Positions 26,958 to 36,115 of a stretch of DNA of 47,688 nucleotides are shown in pieces. The stretch comes from Minisyncoccia bacterium (lineage in GTDB: Bacteria > Patescibacteriota > Minisyncoccia > SW-4-49-11): contig JBIIRM010000008.1 of the NCBI GenBank assembly GCA_044341565.1, positions 1 to 47,688 on the forward strand, in the 5' to 3' direction. Each line of letters begins with the position of its first letter. The first letter of the stretch is position 1. Position numbers and translations under genes: made by a program. The notes beneath the pieces were generated by a model. That model had not been told where the DNA came from and did not search any database. It saw nothing but the letters and a program-made list of their open reading frames with translations.

Positions 26958-29453
26958 ATGGCAGACGATACCAAAATTTCAACAATTGAGAATATAGGAA
27001 CTATTGAGCTTACAGATATTGTGGCTGAGATGGAGCGCGCCTATATTGATTATTCAATGAGCGTAATTGTAGATAGAGCTCTTCCTGATGTAAGAGATGG
27101 ATTAAAACCAGTGCACAGAAGAATTTTGTATGCTATGCATGAACTTGGTTTGAGGCCAGAAGCAAAATTCCGTAAATCAGCTACCATAGTTGGAGAAGTA
27201 CTCGGAAAATACCATCCTCATGGAGATACTGCTGTATATGATTCTTTGGTTCGTATGGCACAAGATTTCTCTTTGAGATATACCTTGGTAAAAGGACAGG
27301 GAAACTTTGGATCTATGGATGGTGACTCAGCTGCAGCTATGCGATATACTGAGGCTAAAATGGACAAAATTGCTCGAGAAATGCTTGTCGATATTGATAA
27401 GAAAACTGTCAATTTTATTCCTAATTATGATGGAAGTATAGAAGAGCCAACAGTATTACCAGCGAGAGTTCCTAATCTTCTTATTAATGGAGGAACAGGA
27501 ATTGCTGTAGGTATGGCAACTAATATTCCACCTCATAATTTAAAAGAAATTGTAGGAGCAACTATTGCTTTGATTGAAAATCCAGAAATTACTATTGAAG
27601 AATTATTACATTTTGTTAAGGGACCAGATTTCCCAACTGGAGGAGAATTATATAATATTGAAAATATTCGGCAAGTATATGCTACTGGAAGAGGACCTCT
27701 TGTTACTCGAGCTAAAGCTGAAATTGTAGAGCGAACCAAAAAGGGAAATGCTTTTGATATTATTGTCTCAGAAATGACATATCAAACCAATAAATCTACT
27801 TTGATTGAGAAAATGGCTAATATGGTCAGGGATAAAAAACTTGATGGTATTAAGGATATTCGAGATGAATCTGATAGAGATGGAGTAAGAGTAGTAATTG
27901 AGCTTAAATCTGATGCTTATCCACAAAAAGTTCTCAATAAATTATACAAATTAACTGATTTACAAAAAACCTATCATGTGAATATGTTGGCTCTTTGTGA
28001 TGGTATTGAACCTAAAACCTTATCATTAAAGCAAGCCCTACAATATTATATTATTCATCGTAAAGAAGTTGTAACCCGAAAAACTGAATTCGAATTACAA
28101 CAGGCTAAAGATAGAGCTCATATTTTGGAAGGACTCAAAAAAGCTCTTGATTTTATTGATGAAGTTATTACAATTATTCGAGGATCTGAGAGTAAAGAAC
28201 TTGCTAAAGTAAATTTGATTAAGCGTTTTGAATTCAGCACATTACAAGTTCAAGCTATTCTCGATATGAGATTACAAACTCTGGCTGGATTAGAGCGACA
28301 AAAAATCCTTGATGAATTAGCAGAATTATTAATCCTTATCAAAGAACTGGAATCAATTCTTGGTTCAGAAGAAAGAATTTCCCAAATTATTAAAGATGAT
28401 TTGAAACAAGTATCCGAGCAATATGGTGATGAGCGAAAAACTCGTGTATTCCAAGAAGAGTTAGGAGATTTTAAAGAAACAGACTTTATTCCTAATGAGG
28501 ATACTATTATTATTTTGACTAAGGATGGATATATTAAGCGAGTAGACCCTAAAGAATATCGTTCTCAAAGACGAGGTGGGGTTGGAATTTCTGGAGTTAA
28601 AACTCGAGAAGATGATTCGGTATCAATTTTCCTCCATACCATTACCCATGCAAAATTATTATTCTTTACTAATGATGGAAGAGTATTGAAATTGAAGGCT
28701 TATGAAATCCCACAAGGATCTCGTATTGCCAAAGGTCAATCTATTGTGAATTTCTTGGAACTTACGAAAGATGAGCAAATTCAATCCATTTTACCAACTG
28801 AGGATGCTTCAGATAGCTTTGTATCCATTGTTACCAAATTTGGTATTATCAAGAAAAGTGCAATGTCAGTATATTCCAATGTGAGAAAGGGTGGAATTAT
28901 TGCTATTAATCTCAAGGACAAAGATAGTCTTATACAGGCAACTATTACTCATCCTGATGATGATGTGATTTTATTTACAGCTCAAGGAAAAGCTATACGA
29001 TTTTCTCAAGAAGAATTAAGACCAATGGGAAGAACTGCATCTGGAGTAAAAGCAATTACATTAAAACCTGATGACTCAGTATTATCTATGCAAACAATTC
29101 GTTCTGGAGATGAGCAAGGATGGCTTGTGATTGCAACAGCCCAAGGATATGGTAAAAAAAGTAAATTAAGTCATTATAAAGTACAAAGACGAGGTGGGGG
29201 AGGAGTAAAGGTTTCTAAAATTACCACTAAAACTGGTCTTGTTATGGGAGCTCAAGTAGTAACCCCAGATAGTAAGGAATTGATCGCTATTTCTCTAGGG
29301 GGGAATATTATTAAGCTTAATATTCAAAAAGATATTCCGACCCTTTCCAGAGATACACAAGGGGTAAAAATTATGAGACTTAATAAAGATGATACTATTG
29401 CTTCAATCGCTGTTACTACGGAAGATGAAAAAGAAGAAGAAATAGAATCATAG
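26958..29453 (+). CDS. gyrA: DNA gyrase subunit A
   Basis: [14 protein letters not shown]...[20 protein letters not shown]...[11 protein letters not shown] (catalytic Tyr), C-terminal beta-pinwheel repeats including [10 protein letters not shown], and an acidic tail. Confidence 0.97.
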   Translation: MADDTKISTIENIGTIELTDIVAEMERAYIDYSMSVIVDRALPDVRDGLKPVHRRILYAMHELGLRPEAKFRKSATIVGEVLGKYHPHGDTAVYDSLVRMAQDFSLRYTLVKGQGNFGSMDGDSAAAMRYTEAKMDKIAREMLVDIDKKTVNFIPNYDGSIEEPTVLPARVPNLLINGGTGIAVGMATNIPPHNLKEIVGATIALIENPEITIEELLHFVKGPDFPTGGELYNIENIRQVYATGRGPLVTRAKAEIVERTKKGNAFDIIVSEMTYQTNKSTLIEKMANMVRDKKLDGIKDIRDESDRDGVRVVIELKSDAYPQKVLNKLYKLTDLQKTYHVNMLALCDGIEPKTLSLKQALQYYIIHRKEVVTRKTEFELQQAKDRAHILEGLKKALDFIDEVITIIRGSESKELAKVNLIKRFEFSTLQVQAILDMRLQTLAGLERQKILDELAELLILIKELESILGSEERISQIIKDDLKQVSEQYGDERKTRVFQEELGDFKETDFIPNEDTIIILTKDGYIKRVDPKEYRSQRRGGVGISGVKTREDDSVSIFLHTITHAKLLFFTNDGRVLKLKAYEIPQGSRIAKGQSIVNFLELTKDEQIQSILPTEDASDSFVSIVTKFGIIKKSAMSVYSNVRKGGIIAINLKDKDSLIQATITHPDDDVILFTAQGKAIRFSQEELRPMGRTASGVKAITLKPDDSVLSMQTIRSGDEQGWLVIATAQGYGKKSKLSHYKVQRRGGGGVKVSKITTKTGLVMGAQVVTPDSKELIAISLGGNIIKLNIQKDIPTLSRDTQGVKIMRLNKDDTIASIAVTTEDEKEEEIES

Positions 29454-29459
29454 AAATAG

Positions 29460-29488
29460 TTGACGATTTATAGGAATAACTATATACT
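29460..29488 (+). promoter_or_regulatory. candidate sigma70-type promoter for the methyltransferase/SBP/pilin gene string
   Basis: TTGACG (29460-29465), a 17-nt spacer, then TATACT (29483-29488), 29 nt upstream of ATG 29517. Confidence 0.4.
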
Positions 29489-29516
29489 AGATACAGGTAT
29501 AAAATAAAATCTCATT

Positions 29517-30059
29517 ATGTTAGAAACCACTACTCGATTTCTATCACCTCGTGAAATAGTACAGCAATTTGATTTAGAAGTTGGTATGAAAATTGCTGAT
29601 TTTGGATCAGGGGCAGGAGATTTTTCTATTGCCATTGCTCAATATATTCAGCCTACAGGGAAAGTCTTTGCAATTGATGTGATGGAATCAGCTCATCAAT
29701 CTCTTAGAAGTAAATATAAAATTCAAGGAATTACGAATATTGAACTGATTTTGACTAATCTAGAGACTGAAACAGGTTCTACTTTACCAAAAGAATCAGT
29801 AGATAGAGTAATGATACATAATATTTTATTTCAAGTAAATGATAAAAAACATTTGCTCAAAGAAGCTCATAAAATCTTAAAAGATAAAGGAAAATTAGTT
29901 GTAATAGAATGGGATATTTCAAGTCCAATAGGACCTCTTAAATCATCAAGAATTCCAGAGAGAGAATTAGTGTCCCTGATACAGAATAATGGTTTTGAAA
30001 TTGATCATAAAATTGACTCAGGAAAATACCATTATGGATATATATTTAATAAATCATAA
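29517..30059 (+). CDS. class I SAM-dependent methyltransferase
   Basis: Motif I IADFGSGAGDFSIAIA, then VFAIDV, and a post-II region HNILFQV. Confidence 0.8.
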   Translation: MLETTTRFLSPREIVQQFDLEVGMKIADFGSGAGDFSIAIAQYIQPTGKVFAIDVMESAHQSLRSKYKIQGITNIELILTNLETETGSTLPKESVDRVMIHNILFQVNDKKHLLKEAHKILKDKGKLVVIEWDISSPIGPLKSSRIPERELVSLIQNNGFEIDHKIDSGKYHYGYIFNKS

Positions 30060-30061
30060 AT

Positions 30062-31408
30062 ATGGCAGGGAATAATTCTCTTGATTCATTTACCAAAAAT
30101 CGCAACGTAATTATTATTGCTGGTGTCGCTATATTAGCTATTGTTATATTGATGCTTGGTAATGCGCTTGGATTCAAAATTGGAGGTGAGAAAAAAGTAC
30201 AAAAAGCAAATTTGGTAGTATGGGGAGTCTGGGATGAAAGTGAGACAATGACGAAATTGGGAAGTGATTTTCGTAAAATATATCCTAATGTAAGTATAGA
30301 ATATCGTAAATTCAAGCCACAAGATTATGAGACAGAACTTATTAATGCTTTAGCTGAGGGACGAGGTCCAGATATATTGGCAATGGAGAGAACTTGGCTT
30401 GGTAAACATAAGAATAAGTTAGCCCCAATGCCAGAAGAAATTATGACACTCAAAGAGTATCAAGATACTTTTGTAGATGTGGTTAATCAAGATTTTATTG
30501 ATGAGGGTAAAATATATGGATTCTCTCTATACACCGATACTTTAGCATTATTATATAACAAAGATGCTTTTAATGATGCTGGAATTGCAAATCCACCAGT
30601 AACTTGGGAAGAATTACAAAGTATAGTACCCAAATTAACTAAAATAGATCAATTTGGTGAGATTAAACAGGCGGGAGTTGCATTAGGTACAGGAGATAAT
30701 ATAAATCGTTCACCAGATGTTTTGATGGCATTAATGTTACAGTCTGGAGCTCAATTTACTGACCCTAAAGATACTAGTAGAATTACTTTTTCTCAAAGTA
30801 AAAATGTCAATGGACAAAATATAAATCCTGCTCAATTATCTTTAGCTTATTATACCGATTTTGCTAATCCTCGAAAAGGAGTATATACCTGGAATTCAAC
30901 CTTAAATAATTCAATAGATGCTTTTTATGAAAGAGAAGTTGCTATGATATTTGGATATTCATATCAGGTAGAAGCAATTAAAGCAAAAGCCCCAAGACTT
31001 AATTTTGCAGTAGCTCCTCTCCCTCAGGTATCTACAGATTCTGGCCTTGCTAATTTTGCAAATTATTGGGGATATGGAGTAAGTGGTCAATCTAAATACC
31101 CAAAAGAAGCCTTTGCATTCCTCAAATCAGCCACTGAAAAGGAAAATGCTCAAGAGTATTTCTTGAAAACCAAGCGCCCAACAGCCAGAAGAGATTTAGT
31201 AGATACACAATCACAAGACATTGATTATGGAGTATTTGTAAAACAAATATTACAAGCTAAAACCTGGAGACAACCCGATAATAATTCAGTAGATAAAATA
31301 TTTATCAATGCTATTAATGGAGTAAATTCAGGATTACTTGACTATAGTAAAGCTATTTCGCAAGCTCAAACAGAAATACAGACATTAGCTGATAATGTGA
31401 AAAAATGA
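30062..31408 (+). CDS. ABC-transporter-type extracellular solute-binding protein (family 1, sugar-like), N-terminally membrane-anchored
   Basis: TM anchor VIIIAGVAILAIVILML, then VVWGVWDESE...YPNVSIEYRKFKPQDYETELINALAEGRGPDILAM...YNKDAF, typical of SBP_bac_1. No permease or ATPase gene is adjacent. Confidence 0.8.
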   Translation: MAGNNSLDSFTKNRNVIIIAGVAILAIVILMLGNALGFKIGGEKKVQKANLVVWGVWDESETMTKLGSDFRKIYPNVSIEYRKFKPQDYETELINALAEGRGPDILAMERTWLGKHKNKLAPMPEEIMTLKEYQDTFVDVVNQDFIDEGKIYGFSLYTDTLALLYNKDAFNDAGIANPPVTWEELQSIVPKLTKIDQFGEIKQAGVALGTGDNINRSPDVLMALMLQSGAQFTDPKDTSRITFSQSKNVNGQNINPAQLSLAYYTDFANPRKGVYTWNSTLNNSIDAFYEREVAMIFGYSYQVEAIKAKAPRLNFAVAPLPQVSTDSGLANFANYWGYGVSGQSKYPKEAFAFLKSATEKENAQEYFLKTKRPTARRDLVDTQSQDIDYGVFVKQILQAKTWRQPDNNSVDKIFINAINGVNSGLLDYSKAISQAQTEIQTLADNVKK

Positions 31409-32730
31409 AATATATAAAGTTCAGTATAGTTTTTGGTATAATATTCTTAGTAGTTTCATTTTTTAGTATTAACTATACTAATGCACAGAGTGCAGATGGA
31501 GCTTGTAGTGCAGGGGCAACATCATTAGAGCAAAACTGTACTTTTCAAAATGGAAGCTCTCGTTTAAATGGAAAATGCCAGGTTAAAGATAAAAATAATC
31601 CAGGTTTAGGATTAACTTGTCGTACTAGCTTAGGATCATCCTGCTCAGGTGATACTTGTCAAAATGGATTAGCCTGTATTAATCAGGTTTGTTCCAGTCC
31701 AAGAGGGGCTAAAACTCAAGGTCAATCTTGTTCAGGGAATGGAAATGAATGTATTGCAGGTCTTGAATGTAGAAATTTTATATGTACAAAAGAAGCTGCC
31801 ATTACTGGTGGAGGGTCTGGGCAAACTGGAGGTGGTCAAGTCGGTACCCCTGGAGGCTCAACAGGGGCAGAAACAGGCCTTGTTAAATGTGGAGTGAGTC
31901 GAGATTGTACTATTTGTGATATATTTATCTTAATTCGAGATATCTTTAATTTTGCTTTAGGGCTACTAGCCTCACTCGCGGTATTAAGTGTTGTTATTGG
32001 TGGGGTCTATGTGTTGACTTCAGCAGGTAATCCTGGAGCGGTAAGTACAGGATATGGCATTATTACCAATGCAGTAATTGGACTATTACTCGTAATGGCA
32101 AGCTTTCTCTTATTTAGTTTCCTTCTTGTGGGGCTTGGATTTCAAGAACAAAATTTCTCAGCTGTACTTACTTTTCAACCAGGTAAAGTATTCGAGGTAA
32201 AATGTGATAATGCTAGTACTTTTAATGATAATGGATCAAATGGAGGAGGGTCTGCTGTACTGGGTAATGGTGGGAGTAACTCATCAACTATAAGTTGTGC
32301 GAGTTTAAATGATTCGGTTAAGGCGGATTTAAATAATGCTAGTTCTCAGACGGGTGTTCCTTCTGAACTATTGGCTGGAATTATGCAAAGAGAATGTCCT
32401 GCAGCCTTTAATAATGCTAATGCTTGTCCAAATGAAAATGGCTCTGGAGCAGCTGGAGCAGGTCAATTTTTACAAAGTAGCTGGAATGAGCTGGGATGTA
32501 GTGGAAGTAGAACGAATCGAAGAGATGCCCTTGTTTGTATGGGGAAACATTTAAAACGGTATAATAAATGTTCTAGTCAATGTAATGGATATTCTAATTT
32601 TTCATCCAGAGCTTGTTCTGATTGTGTGGCAGGAGATTATTGTGGTGCATGTTCAGGTTCATCAGCTTGTGGAGGTAATTATTGTGATGGGGTGTGGAGT
32701 AACTATCAAAAATTTAAAACATGTAAATAA
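31405..32730 (+). CDS. secreted Cys-rich domain, T4SS-pilin-like TM hairpin and C-terminal Cys-rich lytic-transglycosylase-like domain (fusion)
   Basis: Signal peptide MKYIKFSIVFGIIFLVVSFFSINYTNA. Cys-rich repeats follow the pattern C.G..C..GL.C.N..C. The pilin core is FNFALGLLASLAVLSVVIGGVYVLTSAGNPGAVSTGYGIITNAVIGLLLVMASFLLF (about 31897-32155). The SLT-like motifs are ELLAGIMQRECP...GAAGAGQFLQSSW (about 32302-32730). The ATG overlaps the SBP stop (ATGA). Confidence 0.7.
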   Translation: MKYIKFSIVFGIIFLVVSFFSINYTNAQSADGACSAGATSLEQNCTFQNGSSRLNGKCQVKDKNNPGLGLTCRTSLGSSCSGDTCQNGLACINQVCSSPRGAKTQGQSCSGNGNECIAGLECRNFICTKEAAITGGGSGQTGGGQVGTPGGSTGAETGLVKCGVSRDCTICDIFILIRDIFNFALGLLASLAVLSVVIGGVYVLTSAGNPGAVSTGYGIITNAVIGLLLVMASFLLFSFLLVGLGFQEQNFSAVLTFQPGKVFEVKCDNASTFNDNGSNGGGSAVLGNGGSNSSTISCASLNDSVKADLNNASSQTGVPSELLAGIMQRECPAAFNNANACPNENGSGAAGAGQFLQSSWNELGCSGSRTNRRDALVCMGKHLKRYNKCSSQCNGYSNFSSRACSDCVAGDYCGACSGSSACGGNYCDGVWSNYQKFKTCK

Positions 32731-32734
32731 TAAT

Positions 32735-33841
32735 ATGAATAAAATCTTCAGTCTATTTTTACTAATAGCATCTTTCTATTCTATTTCTCCAGTATATGCA
32801 GATACTAGTATATACTCAAGTTTCTTATATCCAAGTTTTGCTGTAAATAATGAAATTTTATATTTTGATCAATATGCAGGAGCTATTGTGAAACAAAATG
32901 TTATTACTGGTGAGAAGTCAGAGATATTTGATTTAATACCTTCTGCTACTAACTTAGTATCAATTTCTCCTGAACAATCTAAAATATTACTTTATCCTCC
33001 TAATATATCATTTCCAAAATATCAAGCACCATTTTTTGATAGTTCAAGAAAATCTCCCGATAATCAATGGTGGGTATATGATTTTAATACAACAAATAAA
33101 ATACTACTAGATGATAAAATTAATTTAGTTGGCTGGTATTCTGATAATGAAATTATATATGTATTTAATAATAAAGATATCACAGTTGCCCCAACCAATG
33201 ACCTATCTAAATTTAATATTCTATACTCTAATATACCATCTAATGTGGATATTAATAAACAAATTATAGCAAATGATAACCATCAAATAATTCCATTAGT
33301 TGATGGTTATCTTGTGGGAAATAAGAAAAACTTTGTATATCAAAAAAGTACTAATTATCAAATTTCAGCCAATCCAAAATTGAATTATTTTTTGGAATAT
33401 AATAATAGTCAGATAAAAGTTTTTGATTGGGATAGTAAGCAAGTAGGTAGTATTATTAATATCAGTAACAGGAAAGCTTTGTTACTGAATAATGATACTA
33501 TAGCTATATTGGCTACAAATGGTAATTTGATACAATATAATTTACAAGGGCAGGAGCAATCAAATGTATCATTAAATCCAATAGTTACTGATATATATTC
33601 GGTTGATCAATCTGGAAATGAACTATTAATTAATCAAAATAATCAAATACGTACTTATAATTTATTAAAAAAAGAGCAGGGAACCATCCTATTATCCACC
33701 AATACTCCTACTCCTAATACTGACACAAATTCAGAGACAGAACAATCCAACACATTAGGGAATATTGCTATTTTAATAGGAGGAATAGTATTCCTTGCTG
33801 GGGGACTGGGGCTATTTATTTGGAAATTAAGAAAAAGATGA
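32735..33841 (+). CDS. secreted beta-propeller-like protein with a C-terminal TM anchor
   Basis: The true start ATG 32735 gives the signal peptide MNKIFSLFLLIASFYSISPVYA. The body is Asn/Ile-rich and beta-strand-like with PD40/TolB-like strings (ISPEQSKILLY, WWVYDFNT). The C-terminal anchor is IAILIGGIVFLAGGLGLFIWKLRKR. Confidence 0.6.
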   Translation: MNKIFSLFLLIASFYSISPVYADTSIYSSFLYPSFAVNNEILYFDQYAGAIVKQNVITGEKSEIFDLIPSATNLVSISPEQSKILLYPPNISFPKYQAPFFDSSRKSPDNQWWVYDFNTTNKILLDDKINLVGWYSDNEIIYVFNNKDITVAPTNDLSKFNILYSNIPSNVDINKQIIANDNHQIIPLVDGYLVGNKKNFVYQKSTNYQISANPKLNYFLEYNNSQIKVFDWDSKQVGSIINISNRKALLLNNDTIAILATNGNLIQYNLQGQEQSNVSLNPIVTDIYSVDQSGNELLINQNNQIRTYNLLKKEQGTILLSTNTPTPNTDTNSETEQSNTLGNIAILIGGIVFLAGGLGLFIWKLRKR

Positions 33842-33871
33842 TATAATTAAAAATAATTAAATACAGATACT

Positions 33872-34711
33872 ATGAAATTAATCATATCTACAGCATTTGG
33901 AATTGTCTTTGCACTAGTATTCTTTAGTAATTCTAATATAACACTTGCTCAATGTGGAAGTGGTCCAAGCTGTACAGGGAATTTTGTTTGTGTGAACGCA
34001 GATGGTACTCCTAAATGTTTGCTAAATCAGGTTAGTAATAATGGTTTATGTGAGGGCGACTCTTCTGTGAAATGTTCAGCAAATCAAGCTTGTATTCAAA
34101 ATAATGCAACAGAAATTGTATGTGCCCCTTTAGCGGGATCATCAGCTAATACAAATTTACCAGGTTCTGGAAGTACAACAACTTGTCCAACCTGTAAATC
34201 TGGTGAAACATGTATTAAGAGTGCAGCAGGACCACTCGTATGTAGATCCGCCGCTACAAATTGTACTCCTGCTTGTACAACAGGTAAGGTGTGTGTTAAA
34301 GCAACGCCAACAGCAACTACTGGAACTTGTGTAGATAATGCGCCTACTCAAGCTGCTGGAGGAGCTGGTGGTAATGGTGCTGGAGGGAATGGATCTTCAG
34401 GAGGAAGTGGTGGTGGCTTATTAGAAGGTCTCAATGCTTTTGGTAGTGCAGATTCTGGACTTAATACAGAGGGAACTCTCATTGGGTTTATTTCTAATAT
34501 TATTCGTTGGATATTAGGACTTCTTGGAACTGTGTTCTTTGTAATCATAGTTTTACAAGGGTATCTTTATATGACATCTTCAGGAGATGCGAGTAAAACA
34601 GCAGCAGCTACGGGGGCTATTACTAATGCAGTAATAGGACTACTGATTATTATGGGAGCTTTCCTCATTACTAATTTTGTGACAAGTGGTTTGATTGCCG
34701 CTGGGTCTTAA
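33872..34711 (+). CDS. T4SS-pilin-like protein, paralogue 1, with a long Cys-rich N-terminal extension and Gly-rich linker
   Basis: Signal peptide MKLIISTAFGIVFALVFFSNSNITLA, then about 20 Cys in C..G..C-type repeats and the linker AGGAGGNGAGGNGSSGGSGGG. The pilin core is IIRWILGLLGTVFFVIIVLQGYLYMTSSGDASKTAAATGAITNAVIGLLIIMGAFLITNF. Confidence 0.8.
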   Translation: MKLIISTAFGIVFALVFFSNSNITLAQCGSGPSCTGNFVCVNADGTPKCLLNQVSNNGLCEGDSSVKCSANQACIQNNATEIVCAPLAGSSANTNLPGSGSTTTCPTCKSGETCIKSAAGPLVCRSAATNCTPACTTGKVCVKATPTATTGTCVDNAPTQAAGGAGGNGAGGNGSSGGSGGGLLEGLNAFGSADSGLNTEGTLIGFISNIIRWILGLLGTVFFVIIVLQGYLYMTSSGDASKTAAATGAITNAVIGLLIIMGAFLITNFVTSGLIAAGS

Positions 34712-34721
34712 TATCTTATAT

Positions 34722-35069
34722 ATGATAGAAGCATTTATATCCAATTTCATCATAGTAACAGCTAAAGCCCAGGAGACATCGCCTCCTCCTATATTAGCTA
34801 TACCTACAGGAACAGGAGTGGGGGAGCAAGGAGATCTGTTTACTTTTGTGTCAGCTATTGTGCAATGGGGATTGGGATTAATAGGGATAGTATTATTTGT
34901 ACTTATACTCTTTTCTGGATTCCAATATGCAACAGCAGGGGGCGACTCTAAAAAAACTGAAGAAGCTATTAGTAGAATTACTTCTGCAGTAATCGGAGTA
35001 TTCATTGTAGGGGTGGCTTTTATACTATCCAATGCAGTATTAGGATTTGTTTTTAGTCTAGGATCTTAA
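34722..35069 (+). CDS. T4SS-pilin-like protein (TrbC/VirB2-type two-TM hairpin), paralogue 2
   Basis: The core is IVQWGLGLIGIVLFVLILFSGFQYATAGGDSKKTEEAISRITSAVIGVFIVGVAFILSNAVLGFVF. The start is trimmed to ATG 34722, after the upstream stop at 34711. Confidence 0.8.
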   Translation: MIEAFISNFIIVTAKAQETSPPPILAIPTGTGVGEQGDLFTFVSAIVQWGLGLIGIVLFVLILFSGFQYATAGGDSKKTEEAISRITSAVIGVFIVGVAFILSNAVLGFVFSLGS

Positions 35070-35097
35070 TATACTGACTTATCCACAATAGTATCAC

Positions 35098-35126
35098 TTG
35101 CATAGTAATATAAGATATGATAGTAT
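35098..35126 (+). promoter_or_regulatory. candidate promoter for pilin paralogue 3
   Basis: TTGCAT (35098-35103), a 17-nt spacer, then TAGTAT (35121-35126) in the 100-bp A+T-rich spacer. Confidence 0.25.
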
Positions 35127-35169
35127 AAAAACATAGAACATATTATTCAATAATTATTAAGATATTCTT

Positions 35170-35553
35170 ATGAATACTTCCCAGATAAAATCAATAGCAA
35201 CAAGAGCATTATTACCTGTATTAGTATTAGCTCCTACTTTAGCTGGAGCTGCAACTCCCATAAAAGATACTAGAGTCATAGGTGAAATACCTCAAGTAGC
35301 TGGTACTAATCAATCTACTGACCTTGTGGCTACAGTACAAGTGGTTATTCAATGGGCATTAGGATTTATCGGAATTGTAATATTCATTATTTTCTTATTT
35401 GCAGGATTTGAATATGCAACAGCAGGAGGAGATGAAGGAAAAGCAAAAACTGCACAGTCTCGAATGATTAACGCGGTAATTGGACTTATTATTATATTCT
35501 TTGCCTTTGTAGCTTCAAATGCAATATTGTCATTCGTATTCCCAGGAAATTAA
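35170..35553 (+). CDS. T4SS-pilin-like protein, paralogue 3
   Basis: Signal-like N-terminus ...LVLAPTLAGAATP. The core is VIQWALGFIGIVIFIIFLFAGFEYATAGGDEGKAKTAQSRMINAVIGLIIIFFAFVASNAILSFVFP. Confidence 0.85.
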   Translation: MNTSQIKSIATRALLPVLVLAPTLAGAATPIKDTRVIGEIPQVAGTNQSTDLVATVQVVIQWALGFIGIVIFIIFLFAGFEYATAGGDEGKAKTAQSRMINAVIGLIIIFFAFVASNAILSFVFPGN

Positions 35554-35573
35554 TCAAATTGATAGATACTATG

Positions 35574-35610
35574 AAACAATAAAAAGGGATTATATCCCTT
35601 TTTATTGTTT
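35574..35610 (+). terminator. rho-independent terminator-like hairpin after pilin paralogue 3
   Basis: AAACAATAAAAAGGGAT-tat-ATCCCTTTTTATTGTTT is a 17-bp perfect stem whose 3' arm carries a T-run. Confidence 0.65.
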
Positions 35611-35697
35611 AGAGAATACATATTCAAATAGTATAATCTTCTTGTCAGATAATAGAATACTTGATATACTTGTAATATATAGAATAGTAAAATAGAT

Positions 35698-36114
35698 ATG
35701 AGAGTCTTATTGATTATAATAGCTTTATTGATGGGGGTATTTGTATTAAGTTCTAATATATCTCTAGCTCAAAGAGCCCCTGATGCCACTCTCCCTGGTC
35801 CAGGAACAATCCCAATTAATACCGGAATAGCTGAGGGACCAAGCTTGATAGAAACAGTGTCTATTATTATAAGGTGGATATTAGGATTTATTGGAATTAT
35901 AATATTTATTATATTCCTATATGCAGGATTTGAATATGCAACAGCAGGAGGGGATGAGAAGCAGGCTGAATCAGCTCAAAAAAGAATGGTAAATGCAATC
36001 ATAGGACTGATTATTATATTCTTTGCATTTGTATTGTCGAATGCAGTATTAAGCTTTGTATTTCCTCCAGACGATACAGTAGATGATCCTAATATGCCAT
36101 TAAATGTAAATTAG
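35698..36114 (+). CDS. T4SS-pilin-like protein, paralogue 4
   Basis: Signal peptide MRVLLIIIALLMGVFVLSSNISLA. The core is IIRWILGFIGIIIFIIFLYAGFEYATAGGDEKQAESAQKRMVNAIIGLIIIFFAFVLSNAVLSFVFP. Confidence 0.85.
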   Translation: MRVLLIIIALLMGVFVLSSNISLAQRAPDATLPGPGTIPINTGIAEGPSLIETVSIIIRWILGFIGIIIFIIFLYAGFEYATAGGDEKQAESAQKRMVNAIIGLIIIFFAFVLSNAVLSFVFPPDDTVDDPNMPLNVN

Positions 36115-36115
36115 T

